Source: Bdellovibrionales bacterium (GTDB taxonomy: Bacteria > Bdellovibrionota > Bdellovibrionia > Bdellovibrionales > UBA1609). Taken from it: DNA of 64,000 nucleotides. Each line of letters begins with the position of its first letter. Positions within the stretch are counted from its first letter, which is position 1. Below, one piece after another: positions 12,301 through 24,091 of this stretch. The DNA is taken from positions 960,001 through 1,024,000 of the forward strand of contig CBDHDF010000010.1 in the NCBI GenBank assembly GCA_965261545.1, in the 5' to 3' direction. Both the position numbers and the translations under genes were made by a program. The notes beneath the pieces were generated by a model. The model was given only the letters and a program-made list of their open reading frames with translations, was not told where the DNA came from and did not search any database.

Positions 12301-13524
12301 ATCGTAGGTTTCAGGATCAAAAAAAAGACGATGAAAGAAACTTGTCGCCGCCTCAATTGTTGGAGGCTCACCAGGGCGAAGTCTTTTATAAATTTCGAGA
12401 AGCGCCTCATCTTTTGTGCTAACTTTATCGATGAGAAGTGTGTTTCTTAGGTAAGGCCCCACAGCGAAGCCATCAAAAAAGATGAGATGAAACTTGTAAA
12501 TTCCAGCATCCAACAACTTCTTAAAGGTATCACGGGTCATCTCTTGATTGGAATCAACAATAATTTCCCCTGTCTCTTCATCCACCAAAGGCTTGGCCAC
12601 AACCTTGCCCTCAAGAGCCTCAAGAGAGAGTTCTACTTTGGCCACCTTGGCCTCAAGAACTTTCTTAACCACAGCACGGGTGATACGACGTCCCGCCTTC
12701 ACAAGAACTTCACCATTCTTCGGGTTGACAATATCTGAAATCGCCTTCTGGCCCGCCAAGCGCTCAATATCTAAGTCACGATAAACCTTGCCACTTTTGG
12801 GATCTACCGTCACCAAATCCAGCTTGTAGTAATACTCCAAAAGTTCCTCTGTATCGTAGCCAAGGGCTTTTAAAAGAATCGTGGCGGGGAATTTTCGCCT
12901 TCGATCAATGCGTACATACAGAAGATCTTTCTGATCAAACTCAAAATCGAGCCATGAGCCACGGTAGGGAATAATTCGAGCTGAGTAAATCAACTTGCCA
13001 CTGACGTTGTTTTTTCCTCCATCATGATCGAAAAAAACTCCTGGAGAACGATGCAACTGACTGACAACAACCCTTTCTGTTCCATTAATGATAAAGGAGC
13101 CACTGGAGGTCATAAGGGGAATTTCTCCCAAATAAACTTCTTGCTCTTTGACATCCCGAATACTCATAGACTCCGAACCTTCATCTGTATCGAAGACAAT
13201 AAGTCTCAAAGTCACCTTTACAGGGACGGCAAAGGTCATTCCACGCTGACGACATTCCTCTACATCATACTTGGCTGGTTCAAGAGTGTAGTTAACAAAC
13301 TCTAAACTCGCTGTTTCATTGAAGTCAGAAATGGGAAAAACGGATTTAAAAACCCCGTTAAGGCCCTCATCTCCACGGCTGTCGGGATCTGTTTCCTTTT
13401 CGAGAAAAGCCTCATAAGACTTCTTCTGCAACTCAATGAGATTGGGTATTTCAGTAAGCTGCTTGGTTCTGGCATAGCTACGACGCAAGCGAATATTAGA
13501 GGCGACGACGGGTGTGGTCTCCAT
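9358..13524 (-). CDS. rpoB: RNA polymerase beta subunit
   Basis: [47 protein letters not shown]. Confidence 0.99.
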   Translation of the reverse strand: METTPVVASNIRLRRSYARTKQLTEIPNLIELQKKSYEAFLEKETDPDSRGDEGLNGVFKSVFPISDFNETASLEFVNYTLEPAKYDVEECRQRGMTFAVPVKVTLRLIVFDTDEGSESMSIRDVKEQEVYLGEIPLMTSSGSFIINGTERVVVSQLHRSPGVFFDHDGGKNNVSGKLIYSARIIPYRGSWLDFEFDQKDLLYVRIDRRRKFPATILLKALGYDTEELLEYYYKLDLVTVDPKSGKVYRDLDIERLAGQKAISDIVNPKNGEVLVKAGRRITRAVVKKVLEAKVAKVELSLEALEGKVVAKPLVDEETGEIIVDSNQEMTRDTFKKLLDAGIYKFHLIFFDGFAVGPYLRNTLLIDKVSTKDEALLEIYKRLRPGEPPTIEAATSFFHRLFFDPETYDLSEVGRLKINHRFGINFDECPVELRTLRSEDILFVAKTIIELKNGQGEVDDIDHLGNRRVRSVGELLENQYRIGLVRMERAIRERMSLQDVETMMPHDLVNAKPVNAVVKEFFGSSQLSQFMDQTNPLSEITHKRRLSALGPGGLTRDRAGFEVRDVHPTHYGRICPIETPEGPNIGLIASLATYARINGYGFIETPYRKVESAEVTEDIRYMSALEEAGHYIAQAGRDMQGGKISTDNLTVRCDGEYEMVDSEKVSLMDVSPSQLVSIAASLIPFLEHDDANRALMGSNMQRQAVPLLKSRSPLVGTGVEKLVARDSGTSVVCTNHGQVEEVDASRVVVRRFAKDGKPGGNVDIYNLVKYQRTNQNTCFNQKAIVRVGDRVSRGDVIADGPATELGELALGQNILVAFTPWMGYNFEDSILISERLIKDDVYTSIHIEEFECVARDTKLGKEEITRDIANVGEEALKDLDTTGIIRIGAEVHPGDVLVGKVTPKGETQLSPEEKLLRAIFGEKAGDVRDTSLRVPSGVSGTVIDAQVYSREGAERDSRLQSIIDEKQQKIQKDMEIEQNIIRNNAFDKLKELIVSQKTTGVLLSEDGSVKLLSKGQEISGADLESIPFELLSYIPLGQELEYQITRVMDGARNQLDVVKMVFNEKVNRLRKGDELPPGVIKMVKVYVAIKRKLQVGDKFAGRHGNKGVISCVMPVEDMPYMADGTPVDMVLNSLGVPSRMNIGQVLEVHLGWAAYNLGKQIEETLESFKSSEVREALKHAYSDEELSARLDQANDSSIQKIAEKVVDGIHIGTPVFDGAKESDVKELLDRANLPSTGQMTLFDGRTGEPFQNPVTVGIMYMLKLHHLVEEKIHARSIGPYSLVSQQPLGGKAQFGGQRLGEMEVWAIEAYGAAYSLQEFLTVKSDDVAGRTRMYESIVKGENILEPGLPESFNVLIKELQSLALNVDLIESDVLTEAPRELTSDSGVEM

Positions 13525-13638
13525 TATTTCTCCTTAGAAAGTGCAAAAAAAAGGACGGAACAAGGCATGATCGGCCTTGCCCTCAAAAAGCCCATGAAAT
13601 AGCCCTGAAAAACACCATCACAAGCCCAATTGACTATG

Positions 13639-14013
13639 CTACTTAATTTCAACCGTAGCTCCAGCTTTTTCAAGGGCGGCCTTGATCTTCTCGGCCTCTT
13701 CCTTGGGCTGACCTTCCTTAATGGGCTTAGGAGCACTCTCAACAAGCTCTTTGGCTTCCTTCAAGCCAAGACCTGTAATAACACGAACTTCCTTAATCAC
13801 GTTGATCTTGCTAGACCCTACACTGGCCAGAATAACATCAAACTCTGTCTGCTCTTCCGCCGCAGCTTCTCCGCTAGGACTTCCAGCCACTACAGCCACA
13901 GGAGCTGCGGCACTAACGCCCCACTTTTCCTCAAGATCTGAAACCATTTCAGCCAGCTCAATGACAGGCATCTTTGATAAGAACTCAATAACCTCTTCTT
14001 TATTTAAAGCCAT
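13639..14013 (-). CDS. rplL: 50S ribosomal protein L7/L12
   Basis: [26 protein letters not shown] at 14013 follows GGAGG. Confidence 0.98.
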   Translation of the reverse strand: MALNKEEVIEFLSKMPVIELAEMVSDLEEKWGVSAAAPVAVVAGSPSGEAAAEEQTEFDVILASVGSSKINVIKEVRVITGLGLKEAKELVESAPKPIKEGQPKEEAEKIKAALEKAGATVEIK

Positions 14014-14168
14014 TATATCCTCCAAAACAATGTCAAATGAAGTGAGCTAACATCACTTATTCACCATTTGTCAATTAGCTCATAAAATTCTATTAAAATA
14101 AAGCTCTAACATAAAATATAAACAAAATACAAAATCTCAATTTATTGGTAATAACTGGTTGGAAAATC

Positions 14169-14690
14169 TCACTTTGAGTCTTTGTAGGCACTGAGTAAAC
14201 GAACAAATCCACTAGGTACAGCATGAAGCACACGAACAAAATTGGCCATGGGAGCCTGCAAAGTTCCAAGCAACTTGGCCTGCAACTCCTCTTTTGAAGG
14301 CAGTTGTGCAAGATGCTTTATTTGGGCCTCGTTGAGACCTTTCCCACCAACAGCACCTGCTTTTATAACAAGTGCTTGAACTTCCTTGCTGAACTCAGTG
14401 AGCTGTTTGGCCGAAGCACTCACATCTTCATAGGCAAAAACAACAGCTCTAGGTCCCACAAAGTGGTCGGCAAGACACGCCTCAAGCTCAGAGTGATCCT
14501 TGAGAGCTCTCTTCACCAAAGTGTTTCTCACCACTCTCATCTGTGATTGAATAGGGCTTAAAAACTTGCGCAAGCGAGTGACCTGCTCCACATTCATGCC
14601 AGTAAAATCGACAAGAAATGCCGCTTTAGCCTTACCTAAACAGCTTGAAAGATGGGCAATTTCTTCGGCTTTTTGTGCCCGAGTCATCAT
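14169..14690 (-). CDS. rplJ: 50S ribosomal protein L10
   Basis: RVVRNTL, LAQLPSKEEL; operon position. Confidence 0.97.
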   Translation of the reverse strand: MMTRAQKAEEIAHLSSCLGKAKAAFLVDFTGMNVEQVTRLRKFLSPIQSQMRVVRNTLVKRALKDHSELEACLADHFVGPRAVVFAYEDVSASAKQLTEFSKEVQALVIKAGAVGGKGLNEAQIKHLAQLPSKEELQAKLLGTLQAPMANFVRVLHAVPSGFVRLLSAYKDSK

Positions 14691-14699
14691 TCTCTATGA

Positions 14700-14820
14700 A
14701 CCTCCTTCATGCGGTTTTTGGATAGGGACACAGGAGAAGAGAAGCAAAATCCACAACATTTCCCACGTCTCAACAGGCTATCTATTAAACCCACTTCGGG
14801 GCACCTGTGTCTCTGACCGC
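14700..14820 (-). promoter_or_regulatory. Putative L10 leader (autoregulatory RNA)
   Basis: GTCAGAGACACAGGTG...TTAAT...CCTGTTGAGAC upstream of rplJ resembles the L10-leader consensus. Confidence 0.6.
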
Positions 14821-14982
14821 AACTTATTAAATTAAATGCACCAATATAAATGAACTAAACAAACAACTCTTGCATGAAGCTTAGCAAACTGTTCCTATAC
14901 GACACAAACCAATCATAGCATAGGCTTAATGCGCCAAGTTACACGCGTAGAATAAAAAAACCTCATAAAATAAAAGTTGAAC

Positions 14983-15687
14983 TTAAACAAGAGCCCCCTG
15001 GGTATTGGCCACATCCATCTTGATTCCAGGTCCCATGGTGGCACTAACAGCAATGTTCCTCAAATAAATACCCTTGCTCGATGCAGGTTTCGCCTTTTGC
15101 AAAGCCCCTATGAAAGCTAAATAGTTATCCATCAACTTCTCTGCACCCATAGAAGAGCGCCCCACAGAAGAGTGCACAATACCAGCTTTCTCAACTCGAA
15201 AGGCCATCTTGCCCTTTTTCTCTACCTCCACAGCTTCTGTCACATTCATTGTCACAGTGCCCACCTTAGGATTGGGCATAAGACCACGGGGTCCGAGAAT
15301 TTTAGCGACCTTAGCCACCATAACCATCATATCAGGGGTCGCAATCGCTTTATCAAAGTCCAACCAACCATCTTTGATTTTTTCCACAAGATCATCTGCA
15401 CCCACAAAACAAGCTCCAGCCGCCTTAGCTTCTTCTTCCTTGGATCCTTTGGCGAAAACAACAATACGAACTTCTTTTCCCAGCCCATGGGGAAGGGCAA
15501 TGGCCCCCCTCACCTGCTGGTCCGACTGCTTAGGGTCCACACCCAAACGAACAGATACATCGATGGACTCATCAAACTTAGCCACAGCTGTCTCTACCAC
15601 CAAATGAACTCCTTCCTTAACAGAATATCTTTTTGCAGAGTCCACCTTAGCTTTCACTGAGACAAACCTTCTTCCCAATTTCTTCAT
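14983..15687 (-). CDS. rplA: 50S ribosomal protein L1
   Basis: KFDESID, LGPRGLMPNPKVGTVT. Confidence 0.99.
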   Translation of the reverse strand: MKKLGRRFVSVKAKVDSAKRYSVKEGVHLVVETAVAKFDESIDVSVRLGVDPKQSDQQVRGAIALPHGLGKEVRIVVFAKGSKEEEAKAAGACFVGADDLVEKIKDGWLDFDKAIATPDMMVMVAKVAKILGPRGLMPNPKVGTVTMNVTEAVEVEKKGKMAFRVEKAGIVHSSVGRSSMGAEKLMDNYLAFIGALQKAKPASSKGIYLRNIAVSATMGPGIKMDVANTQGALV

Positions 15688-15861
15688 AATTTATACCTAC
15701 TCCCTGTCACCTATACTGCTCCGTAACAAATACATACAAACGGACAACATAACAAATAGTACTAGTGATCGTAACCATTACTTTAATGATAATGCAATGT
15801 TAACATTGTTACTTAACTTAATGACTACGCTTGTTATTTCATGGCCATGACGACACAAATA

Positions 15862-16284
15862 TTACTCAATTTCTAAACCCATGCTTTTCGCCGTTCCCTG
15901 CACTTGAGAAATAGCTGATTCAAGGCTTACACAATTGAGATCAGACATCTTTGTTTCTGCAATCTCCCTCACCATATCTTTACTGACAGTACCCACTTTG
16001 TCCTTTTGAGGCATCTTCGACCCACTCTTTAAGTTCAAGGCTTTTTTGAGAAGAACAGACGTTGGAGGTGTCTTTGTCACAAATGTAAAAGAGCGATCCT
16101 GATAAACTGTAATAATCACGGGTATGACCGTATCACCTACACCTTGGGTCTTTGCATTAAACTGCTTGCAAAAGTCCATGATATTCACACCGTGCTGACC
16201 TAGGGCCGGCCCCACAGGTGGAGCCGGATTCGCCTTGCCCGCCGGAATCTGTAATTTAATTTGACCTGTCACCTGCTTAGCCAT
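15862..16284 (-). CDS. rplK: 50S ribosomal protein L11
   Basis: [22 protein letters not shown]. Confidence 0.99.
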   Translation of the reverse strand: MAKQVTGQIKLQIPAGKANPAPPVGPALGQHGVNIMDFCKQFNAKTQGVGDTVIPVIITVYQDRSFTFVTKTPPTSVLLKKALNLKSGSKMPQKDKVGTVSKDMVREIAETKMSDLNCVSLESAISQVQGTAKSMGLEIE

Positions 16285-16420
16285 GACCTAACTCTCCTAT
16301 ATTTCTCAAATTTTCTGTACTTTGTACTTTCTCTACACAACTCTCTCAATCCTCTATGGATTGCTACTTGATGTTTTCGCAGGGCGCCACGCAATCAGCT
16401 AGCAAGAGTTTTAGAAATGG

Positions 16421-16954
16421 TCAAGCTTTTTCTACTTGTACAAAGTCCAATTCCACAGGGGTGGGACGACCAAAGATACTGACAAGCACTTTAACCTTAC
16501 CCTTCTCTTCATTTATATCCTCAACAGAACCATTAAAACTACTAAAAGGTCCATCTATAACAACGACACTCTCTCCAACAGCAAAAGATATTTTGTGCTT
16601 GATTTTCTCAGCCCCCGTCTTCATTTGCTTTGTAACACGAGCGACTTCTTCCTCAGAAACTTCAGAGGGTTTACCAGAGCTTCCCACAAAACCTGAAACC
16701 TTGGAAGCCCCCCTCACCAAGTGCCAAGTCTTGTCAGACATGTCCATTTGTACAAAAATATAACCAGGAAAAAACTTGCGCGCCCTTGTGGTCTTCTTGC
16801 CCTTTACAAGCTCCACCACATTTTCAGAAGGAACTAAGATATTTCCAAAACACTCTGACATCTTCATGCTCTTAATGCGATCTTCAATAGAAGACTTCGC
16901 TGTATTTTCACAGCCTGTTTGAGTATTCACAATGTACCACTTCAACTCCGACAC
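16421..16954 (-). CDS. nusG: Transcription factor NusG
   Basis: FFPGYIFV, KOW motif DGPF, VSIFGRPTPVEL. Confidence 0.99.
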   Translation of the reverse strand: MSELKWYIVNTQTGCENTAKSSIEDRIKSMKMSECFGNILVPSENVVELVKGKKTTRARKFFPGYIFVQMDMSDKTWHLVRGASKVSGFVGSSGKPSEVSEEEVARVTKQMKTGAEKIKHKISFAVGESVVVIDGPFSSFNGSVEDINEEKGKVKVLVSIFGRPTPVELDFVQVEKA

Positions 16955-17063
16955 TTAAGACCTCTATGCCACCATTTTCTATGGCTCTATAATTGGCTTT
17001 CTAAGCTAACTTCCCAGTTAACTCTTCCCACAACTTCTTATGACTTGCTGACTCATCACTGAC

Positions 17064-17444
17064 TTACTGCTGAATAATAACTTTCACAATTTCTGTGGAG
17101 AGATAGTCAAACACAAACAAAATCAAACAAGAAATAGTCAACATAACGCAAACGACAAGAGTCATCCCCGTTGTATCGCGACGAGAGGGCCAAACGACTT
17201 TAAGCAATTCTGTCACCACCTCATCCGCCCAAACCAAAACTTTTTTGTTAAACTGCAAAGAAAAAAAGGTGACCAAAGCGACAACCACAGGAAGACCATG
17301 ACGCACAACATCTTGTGCGTAAAGCCTTGCCACAAATCCAAAACTCGCTGCAACTGTCTCCAAAAGTATATTTACTGTAACAGCCACCAGAAAAGCAAAA
17401 ATGAGAAAGCTCACAGTAATGATTTTATGATGACTTCTTCCCAA
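17064..17444 (-). CDS. secE: Preprotein translocase SecE (3-TM form)
   Basis: ELLKVVWPSRRDT motif; lies between tRNA-Trp and nusG. Confidence 0.93.
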   Translation of the reverse strand: MGRSHHKIITVSFLIFAFLVAVTVNILLETVAASFGFVARLYAQDVVRHGLPVVVALVTFFSLQFNKKVLVWADEVVTELLKVVWPSRRDTTGMTLVVCVMLTISCLILFVFDYLSTEIVKVIIQQ

Positions 17445-17482
17445 AGCGACCTACTTTCTTTGAACTTTTTAGAGTTATAAAC

Positions 17483-17559
17483 TGGCAGGGTAGGAGGGAT
17501 TCGAACCCACAACCTACGGATTTGGAGTCCGTTGCTCTACCAATTAGAGCTACTACCCT
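17483..17559 (-). tRNA. tRNA-Trp (CCA)
   Basis: Cloverleaf AGGGTAG...CT-CCA-AA...TTCGAAT...GCCA. Confidence 0.97.
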
Positions 17560-17601
17560 CCCTCACCCAACCTTACAGCGGGACAACCGATTTACTCCAC
17601 T

Positions 17602-18792
17602 TTACTCCACAATATCCGTAACGACACCCGCACCCACAGTACGGCCACCCTCACGAATTGCAAAACGCAATTCTTTTTCCATGGCAATGGGAGCAATCAA
17701 CTCCACATCCATTTCAACACGATCTCCAGGCATAACCATCTCAACACCTTCCTTCAAGGTGACCACACCCGTAACATCTGTGGTACGAAAGTAAAATTGA
17801 GGGCGATACCCCTTAAAAAATGGGGTGTGACGCCCACCCTCTTCTTTTGTAAGGATATAAGCCTCAGCTTTAAACTTTTTATGGGGCGTAATAGAGCCAG
17901 GAACGGCAAGAACCTGGCCACGCTCAACATCTTCTTTTTTTGTCCCGCGGAGAAGGCAGCCAGCATTGTCGCCAGCCTGCCCCTCGTCGAGAAGCTTGCG
18001 AAACATCTCAATGCCCGTCACAGTCGTTTTAGCTGTTTCCCGAATACCAATAATCTCCACTTCTTGGCCCACTTTAACAATTCCACGCTCAATACGACCT
18101 GTCACCACTGTTCCACGGCCAGAAATGGAAAAAACATCCTCAATGGGCATGAGAAAGGGTTTGTCTGTGACACGAATTGGAGCTGGAATATATTCATCCA
18201 CAGCCTCCATAAGCTTATTGATAGCCTCCTCACCAATATCGCTGACATGCCCCTCAAGTGCCTTAAGGGCAGAACCCTGAACAATAGGTATATCATCACC
18301 AGGAAATTCATACTTGGAAAGAAGCTCGCGAATTTCCAGTTCCACAAGTTCAAGCAACTCAGGGTCATCCACCTGATCTACTTTGTTCATAAAAACAACA
18401 ATGGCAGGCACACCCACCTGACGAGCCAATAAGATATGTTCACGAGTTTGTGGCATGGGACCATCTGCGGCCGAAACCACAAGAATCGCACCGTCCATTT
18501 GGGCCGCTCCCGTAATCATGTTTTTTACATAGTCAGCATGACCGGGACAATCCACATGGGCATAGTGACGTCGCTCTGTTTCGTACTCCACATGAGCTGT
18601 GGAAATGGTGATCCCACGCTCCCTCTCCTCTGGAGCATTATCGATCTGATCGTAAGCTTGGGCTGTCGCCCCACCACTTTTTGATAATACTGTTGTAATA
18701 GCCGCCGTCAGAGTGGTCTTACCGTGGTCCACATGGCCAATGGTTCCAATATTCACATGAGGCTTACTACGATCAAATTTTTCTTTAGACAT
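17602..18792 (-). CDS. tuf: Elongation factor Tu
   Basis: [21 protein letters not shown]. Confidence 0.99.
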   Translation of the reverse strand: MSKEKFDRSKPHVNIGTIGHVDHGKTTLTAAITTVLSKSGGATAQAYDQIDNAPEERERGITISTAHVEYETERRHYAHVDCPGHADYVKNMITGAAQMDGAILVVSAADGPMPQTREHILLARQVGVPAIVVFMNKVDQVDDPELLELVELEIRELLSKYEFPGDDIPIVQGSALKALEGHVSDIGEEAINKLMEAVDEYIPAPIRVTDKPFLMPIEDVFSISGRGTVVTGRIERGIVKVGQEVEIIGIRETAKTTVTGIEMFRKLLDEGQAGDNAGCLLRGTKKEDVERGQVLAVPGSITPHKKFKAEAYILTKEEGGRHTPFFKGYRPQFYFRTTDVTGVVTLKEGVEMVMPGDRVEMDVELIAPIAMEKELRFAIREGGRTVGAGVVTDIVE

Positions 18793-18987
18793 TTTTAAAG
18801 ACTCCTCTACTTTGAATTGTAATGATGAGCAACATAACTCACGCTGCGGTTCATTGTTAATCGTTTTATACTTTTATACTTAATATTTCTATTTACTTAC
18901 ACTTTCTATTTACTTAATTTACTCTGCCATCAACATAACAACATATATAACAAAGTTAAGCTCCTTATGAAGGCAAAGCCTACAAAA

Positions 18988-19062
18988 TGGAGCCCATGGA
19001 GAGACTCGAACTCTCGACCTCACCCTTACCAAGGGTGTGCTCTACCCCTGAGCCACATGGGC
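18988..19062 (-). tRNA. tRNA-Thr (GGT)
   Basis: GCCCATG...TT-GGT-AA...TCCA. Confidence 0.96.
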
Positions 19063-19266
19063 ATAGGCCGAACTTGAGGGTCCCCGCTAAGTAGCATACC
19101 CCAAAAAGAGAAGCAATAGAAAGGTCACGCAAGTCGTCATACACAAATAGACCAAAGTAACCATAATGGCCACCCCTCATGTACGTCTAACCTCATGTAT
19201 AGCCAATTCTCATGCCAAACTAACTCCCCCATTTTAAGGCTTTCCGTTTAAAGCTCCCCCTTAAAA

Positions 19267-19342
19267 TGGAGCGGAAGACGGGCCTCGAACCCGCAACCCT
19301 CAGCTTGGAAGGCTGATACTCTACCAATTGAGCTACTTCCGC
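19267..19342 (-). tRNA. tRNA-Gly (TCC)
   Basis: GCGGAAG...CT-TCC-AA...TCCA. Confidence 0.97.
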
Positions 19343-19353
19343 AACAAAAAAAC

Positions 19354-19439
19354 TGGTGGAGAGGGTAGGATTCGAACCTACGTAGGCCGAAGCCAACGGG
19401 TTTACAGCCCGTCCCCTTTAGCCACTCGGGCACCTCTCC
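19354..19439 (-). tRNA. tRNA-Tyr (GTA)
   Basis: GGAGAGG...CT-GTA-AA, long variable arm, ACCA end. Confidence 0.97.
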
Positions 19440-19495
19440 ACATAGAGCTTCAATACAGAGTTTTTCAATTCCACCTCTAAACAGGGTTAAGAAAA

Positions 19496-19571
19496 TGGAG
19501 CTGGATATGGGACTCGAACCCGCAACCTGCTGATTACAAATCAGCTGCTCTACCAATTGAGCTAATCCAGC
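19496..19571 (-). tRNA. tRNA-Thr (TGT)
   Basis: GCTGGAT...TT-TGT-AA...TCCA. Confidence 0.96.
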
Positions 19572-19918
19572 TCAGAGAACCCAAAGCATGGCTAGGCAAT
19601 TCAATAAATTCAAAGATATGATATGGCAGCACTAAAAACAGAGTATAAAGAGAAGAGTCCTACCGATCAAGCTACGAAAAGCTCTTTTTAAAGTTTAATT
19701 AGGTGAGTCATAGAACCTCGATGTCATTTTTTTGACTTCGCCACGCTCCCCAGGCTTCAACCTTCCTCTTCGAGACAGAAAGGCTCAAAGGCAAAAACAG
19801 TTGCTTTTACCCAATGATGCCAACTATAAACTATACCTAACCTATACCCATAAAGATATAATGAAAATGTGTGGCAAGAGCCTATGTGTCGCCTTGCAAA
19901 TATGTCACCTTGAAATAA

Positions 19919-20962
19919 GTGGAGTTACTTTTGAAGAATGCATCGGGCAAAGTGGTGCTGAAAGCTGTGGCCGGCAATGGATCCCTAGCCATAGGCAAGT
20001 TTATTGTATGGCTTATAACATTGAGCCCATCTATGCTTGCCGAAGCCATTCACTCCCTTGCAGATACCAGCAATCAAGTTTTGCTCTATGTGGGAGTAAG
20101 GCATGGACAGTATGGCCCAACAAGAGAGTACCCTTGGGGGCGAGCCAGCGCCCGTTATTTGTGGAATCTAGTTTCTGCCGTCGGAATTTTCTTTATAGGT
20201 TTTGGAGTGACGGTGTCCCACGGCATTTACTCCCTCATTCACCATGAAGATTATAGCATAGATGCCAGCATGTCGTTGATGAACTTTTTTGGAGTAGACA
20301 TCAGCATGTGGACAGTGGGCATCCTCGCTTTCTCACTCATTGTGGAGGGAGCTGTGTTGAATACCGCCATCAAAGCTGTCAATAAAGAGCGCGAGGAGCA
20401 AAGTTTATGGGACTACATCAGAAAAGGAGATGACCCCACCAACGTAGCCGTTCTCCTTGAGGACGGAGCCGCCGTTCTAGGGATTTTTGTAGCACTCTTG
20501 GGCAACTGGCTGTCTAGCTACTATCACTCTGGCATTCCCGATGCTATTGCAACTCTTATTATTGGAGTTCTCCTGGGTTTTCTAGCTATTGTTCTTGCAA
20601 GGGCCAATGGGCGCCTTCTCATTGGTGTGGCCGTTCCTATGTCAGAGGAGAAAAAAATTCGCCAATTTTTGGAGGATTGCCCCTCCGTAGAAAGAGTCAT
20701 TCATTTTCGCACAGAAATTCTTGGTCCCGACAGGTGGCGCTTAGCTACAGAAATTGAGTTTCACGGTGAAGTGATGGTCAACCGTGAGCAAATAATTAAG
20801 GATGCTGAGAAGATTCGCTCGGGAGAAGAGGATGCCCTTCCTGTTTTGATGGATATTGCCGGTCGAATGGTTCGCACAGTGGGGAATGAAATCAATGAAC
20901 TCGAAAAACAACTCAAACAGGAATTTCCCCAGCTCTATGCCATTGAACTCGAAGTCAACTAG
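19919..20962 (+). CDS. Cation diffusion facilitator (CDF) transporter
   Basis: AEAIHSLADTSNQ and LLEDGAA metal-site motifs, several TM helices; real start may be TTG at 19931. Confidence 0.9.
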   Translation: MELLLKNASGKVVLKAVAGNGSLAIGKFIVWLITLSPSMLAEAIHSLADTSNQVLLYVGVRHGQYGPTREYPWGRASARYLWNLVSAVGIFFIGFGVTVSHGIYSLIHHEDYSIDASMSLMNFFGVDISMWTVGILAFSLIVEGAVLNTAIKAVNKEREEQSLWDYIRKGDDPTNVAVLLEDGAAVLGIFVALLGNWLSSYYHSGIPDAIATLIIGVLLGFLAIVLARANGRLLIGVAVPMSEEKKIRQFLEDCPSVERVIHFRTEILGPDRWRLATEIEFHGEVMVNREQIIKDAEKIRSGEEDALPVLMDIAGRMVRTVGNEINELEKQLKQEFPQLYAIELEVN

Positions 20963-21193
20963 TGAACGAGAAGCCGTGGCAGTTCCTATGTCAACTGAAA
21001 CTAAGAGTTCTTCTAAAAGTCATTAAAAATACTTCTTATGAATTGCCAAACCTTAACGCCAATAGACTTGAAAAAAATAAGCTTGAAAAAAAAACATACT
21101 TTATCTTAGACTATCAACTAGAGCTTCTATAAGAAGGAGGCGCCACGTAAGGCTTTCAAGCTGAAAGCTAAATTTAATAAGGGGGGATTATTA

Positions 21194-23041
21194 ATGGTAT
21201 ACGTATTTCTAAGGTCAGGATGGCTTGCAACTTTATTAAGTATATTTTCTCTAGTCAGTATTTTATCTTTTTCATCCTATGGGGCACGGTATATTGTAAC
21301 TTTTAAAGAAAAGGGATCATTTGAATCCGTCAAGGCTCGCACACTTCTAAACAATAAACATAAACTCTCAGTCATGGTTCAAGGTGAAATACCTATAAAG
21401 GATTCCATAAAAAACTCTAGAAAGACTTCCATGAATTTTATGGGCACCTCCGTTCAAGTCATTGAAATTTTAGATGAACTAGATATTGTTTTAATAGATA
21501 CTGAAAACGAACAAGCCTTAGAGGCCCTCAAGGCTAACTCCCATGTGGTTATCGAAGAGGATGTGATGATTCCAACACCTGCTCCTCTTTACAACTATGA
21601 AGAATATATTTCCCTGCGTAACTCCATGGAGACGACTGACAAACAAAAGCAAAATAAACAAAAAATACTTAATTCATTTAATATAGAACGCCCCTGGGGC
21701 CTCGATGCCATAGGGACCCCGAATGCTTGGAAAATCACTCGGGGACAGGGTGCAACAGTTCTTATTTTAGACTCAGGTATCGACAAGGACCATAGGGAGG
21801 TGAAGGACAGTTTCCTCATGGGCAAAAACTTTGTCGTTTCTCAAAGAAAGGACCTTCCCTATGACTTCTTTGATGAAACAGGGCATGGCACCCACACATC
21901 GGGAACTGTGGCAGGGGCTCTTGTTGGCGTGGCTCCTGAAGCAAAAATCTTAATGGCCAAAGTTTGCAATGATGGCTGCCTTACCTCTAATGTTCTTAAC
22001 GGAATCAACTGGGGGCTCGCCAATGGCGCCGATGTCATTAACTTTTCCCTGGGAGGACGCTGGCCGTCGTCGTCTCGCCAAAAAGTGATGAAGGAAGCCA
22101 CAAAACGCGGCGTTGTGATTGTGGCAGCTTCGGGCAACAGTGCCGAACCTGCAGATTTTGCAGATAACCCATGGATGATCTACCCCGCAGCCAACGATTT
22201 TGTTATCGCCGTGGGAGCTTTGAATCGTGAAAATACAAGGGCTGATTTTTCTCAATACAGTGAGGGCTTGAGTGTTGTTGCTCCAGGTGTTTCCATTCAA
22301 TCCTGTGGACCTGGAATGACTTATTACGGACATGTAAGTATAAACCTTGGTGATCGAACTCTAGAGGCCGTGCCCAATACCTTGGCCCATGGTGCGAGCA
22401 TTATTAAAGATGAAACACTGTCGGCTCCCATTATCTTTGCAGGCCTAGGCAACAAAGAAGACTTTGAGAAACTTGACTTAAAAGGTCACTGGGCCCTTGT
22501 CCACCGAGGAGAGATTACTTTTCTGGAAAAAGTAAACCATGCCACTGAGGCAGGGGCTCTGGGTGTGATTATTGTCAATAACAAACCAGGTCTTATTCGG
22601 CCATGGCTCAAAGATGTAGGCGAAACCCCAGTGAGTGTGCCCGTATTCCTTGTGGAGCAAGAAGTGGGGTCAATTTTGTTAGAATCTCTCAATGCTGGTA
22701 CTGTACCCACTATAAGTATGAGCATGGAATTGGGTCCCAGTTACCTCCTTGCTGACGGCACCTCCATGTCATCTCCCCATGTGGCAGGTTTGGCCGCACT
22801 TATTAAATCAGTGAGTCCCAACTTTACAAGCAAGCAAGTGCAAGAAATTATAGAGAGCACAACCACTCCCATTGAACCTACTCTCGAATATGGTCATGGT
22901 CTTATCCATGCTGAAAAAGCTGTGAAAAAAGCTGTGGAAATGACTATGAATGCGGATACTATTCGAAAATCAGAAATGTCATGGGTGGAATCACCATCAT
23001 GGGCAGAGACGACGGAGGCGGCTCTTCCTATTGCCAACTGA
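21194..23041 (+). CDS. Secreted S8 (subtilisin-like) serine protease with PA domain
   Basis: Signal peptide; triad ILDSGID / GHGTHTSG / GTSMSSPHVAG; PA insert (RGEITFLEKV...GA.GVIIVNN). Confidence 0.95.
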   Translation: MVYVFLRSGWLATLLSIFSLVSILSFSSYGARYIVTFKEKGSFESVKARTLLNNKHKLSVMVQGEIPIKDSIKNSRKTSMNFMGTSVQVIEILDELDIVLIDTENEQALEALKANSHVVIEEDVMIPTPAPLYNYEEYISLRNSMETTDKQKQNKQKILNSFNIERPWGLDAIGTPNAWKITRGQGATVLILDSGIDKDHREVKDSFLMGKNFVVSQRKDLPYDFFDETGHGTHTSGTVAGALVGVAPEAKILMAKVCNDGCLTSNVLNGINWGLANGADVINFSLGGRWPSSSRQKVMKEATKRGVVIVAASGNSAEPADFADNPWMIYPAANDFVIAVGALNRENTRADFSQYSEGLSVVAPGVSIQSCGPGMTYYGHVSINLGDRTLEAVPNTLAHGASIIKDETLSAPIIFAGLGNKEDFEKLDLKGHWALVHRGEITFLEKVNHATEAGALGVIIVNNKPGLIRPWLKDVGETPVSVPVFLVEQEVGSILLESLNAGTVPTISMSMELGPSYLLADGTSMSSPHVAGLAALIKSVSPNFTSKQVQEIIESTTTPIEPTLEYGHGLIHAEKAVKKAVEMTMNADTIRKSEMSWVESPSWAETTEAALPIAN

Positions 23042-23090
23042 GACTGAGCCAGAAAAATTAATTATCCAAAAATATTCATAGTCAATTCAT

Positions 23091-23133
23091 AAAAAAAGCA
23101 CGGCTTTATCAGGGGGGATTGATAAAGCCGCGC
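23091..23133 (-). terminator. Rho-independent terminator between convergent genes
   Basis: Stem CGGCTTTATCA/TGATAAAGCCG, with an A-run on the left (U-tract for the minus-strand gene). Confidence 0.7.
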
Positions 23134-23212
23134 AGAAAGGAGGAAAACTATGAATAAACAAACCTTAATATAACCTTCAAACTAATAATGATAATTATAC
23201 TAAATCTTTGAG

Positions 23213-23926
23213 CTATAATAAATTGGCTCTTTTATTCTTAAGTTGAATCGCTTTCTTTTCTACAAGAGTCGTTTGAACTTCCATTCTTTGATTCTTCCTC
23301 GTGAGCTTTTTGTTGGCCTTACGCAGCTTTTTGATCTCCTTTTTCAAGTGCGTTGCAATTCTCTCAGCATTTTTCTTACGCTGTGTAAGGCTTTTATATC
23401 GACGCTCCCCACGGGTGATCTTGCTTTGAAGAGCCAACCTTTCGTTTTTGCTACGAATAGCCTTTTGCTCCACACGATCCACTTGACCTTGAACCTTGTT
23501 CAATTGTATTTGCAATTGATGGTGGATAGCTCTGAATTTTTCAGCTCTTTTCTCAACTCTTTGGGCTACCGCCGCACTTTTAAGGTAGCGCAAATGAAGT
23601 CTCTTTGTCTTTGATTGAATATTTTTATTCTTCTTCTTCAGACGAGAGATTTCTTTTTTAAGCTTCTGAGTTTTACGATCAAGCCTTTGTCTCTCAACGA
23701 GAGTTTCTCTCATTTGAGCTTCTCCATCATAAAAACCAAGCTCTTCAATTTCAGATTCAACATTGAGCTCAACGACTTTATCAAAGTTAGCAACACTATC
23801 TTCCGCATTGACACTGAAGGCGCATGTATTGATAACTAAAATGTGCAATGAACTTATAGGAATAATAAGATTTCTTCTAAGGTTCTTTAAGATACAGAAC
23901 CTTGTAAATAATAATTCTTTTTTCAT
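23213..23926 (-). CDS. Hypothetical exported basic coiled-coil protein
   Basis: GGAGG RBS, signal-like N-terminus, long K/R/Q/E heptad region. Confidence 0.75.
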   Translation of the reverse strand: MKKELLFTRFCILKNLRRNLIIPISSLHILVINTCAFSVNAEDSVANFDKVVELNVESEIEELGFYDGEAQMRETLVERQRLDRKTQKLKKEISRLKKKNKNIQSKTKRLHLRYLKSAAVAQRVEKRAEKFRAIHHQLQIQLNKVQGQVDRVEQKAIRSKNERLALQSKITRGERRYKSLTQRKKNAERIATHLKKEIKKLRKANKKLTRKNQRMEVQTTLVEKKAIQLKNKRANLL

Positions 23927-24091
23927 AAATACCTCCTTATTTAATGTCCTTGCCTTTGTATAAGAGCAAATGATGTGCCAATGCTCTTTTCAAAATAAGA
24001 GGTATTTGAGGCTATCTCTTTAAAAAATGGGCCCAGAAAGTGCCCTAAATGGTCACCCAGTGACCTTAATTGTTAAATATAAACGGAAAAG

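Noticed and set aside
5267..18684. Many antisense or alternate-frame ORFs over rpoBC, ribosomal genes and tuf (e.g. 11464-12450)
   Set aside because: Shadows of conserved coding sequence with no recognisable motifs
18980..19556. ORFs 18980-19180 and 19248-19556
   Set aside because: Overlap tRNA genes
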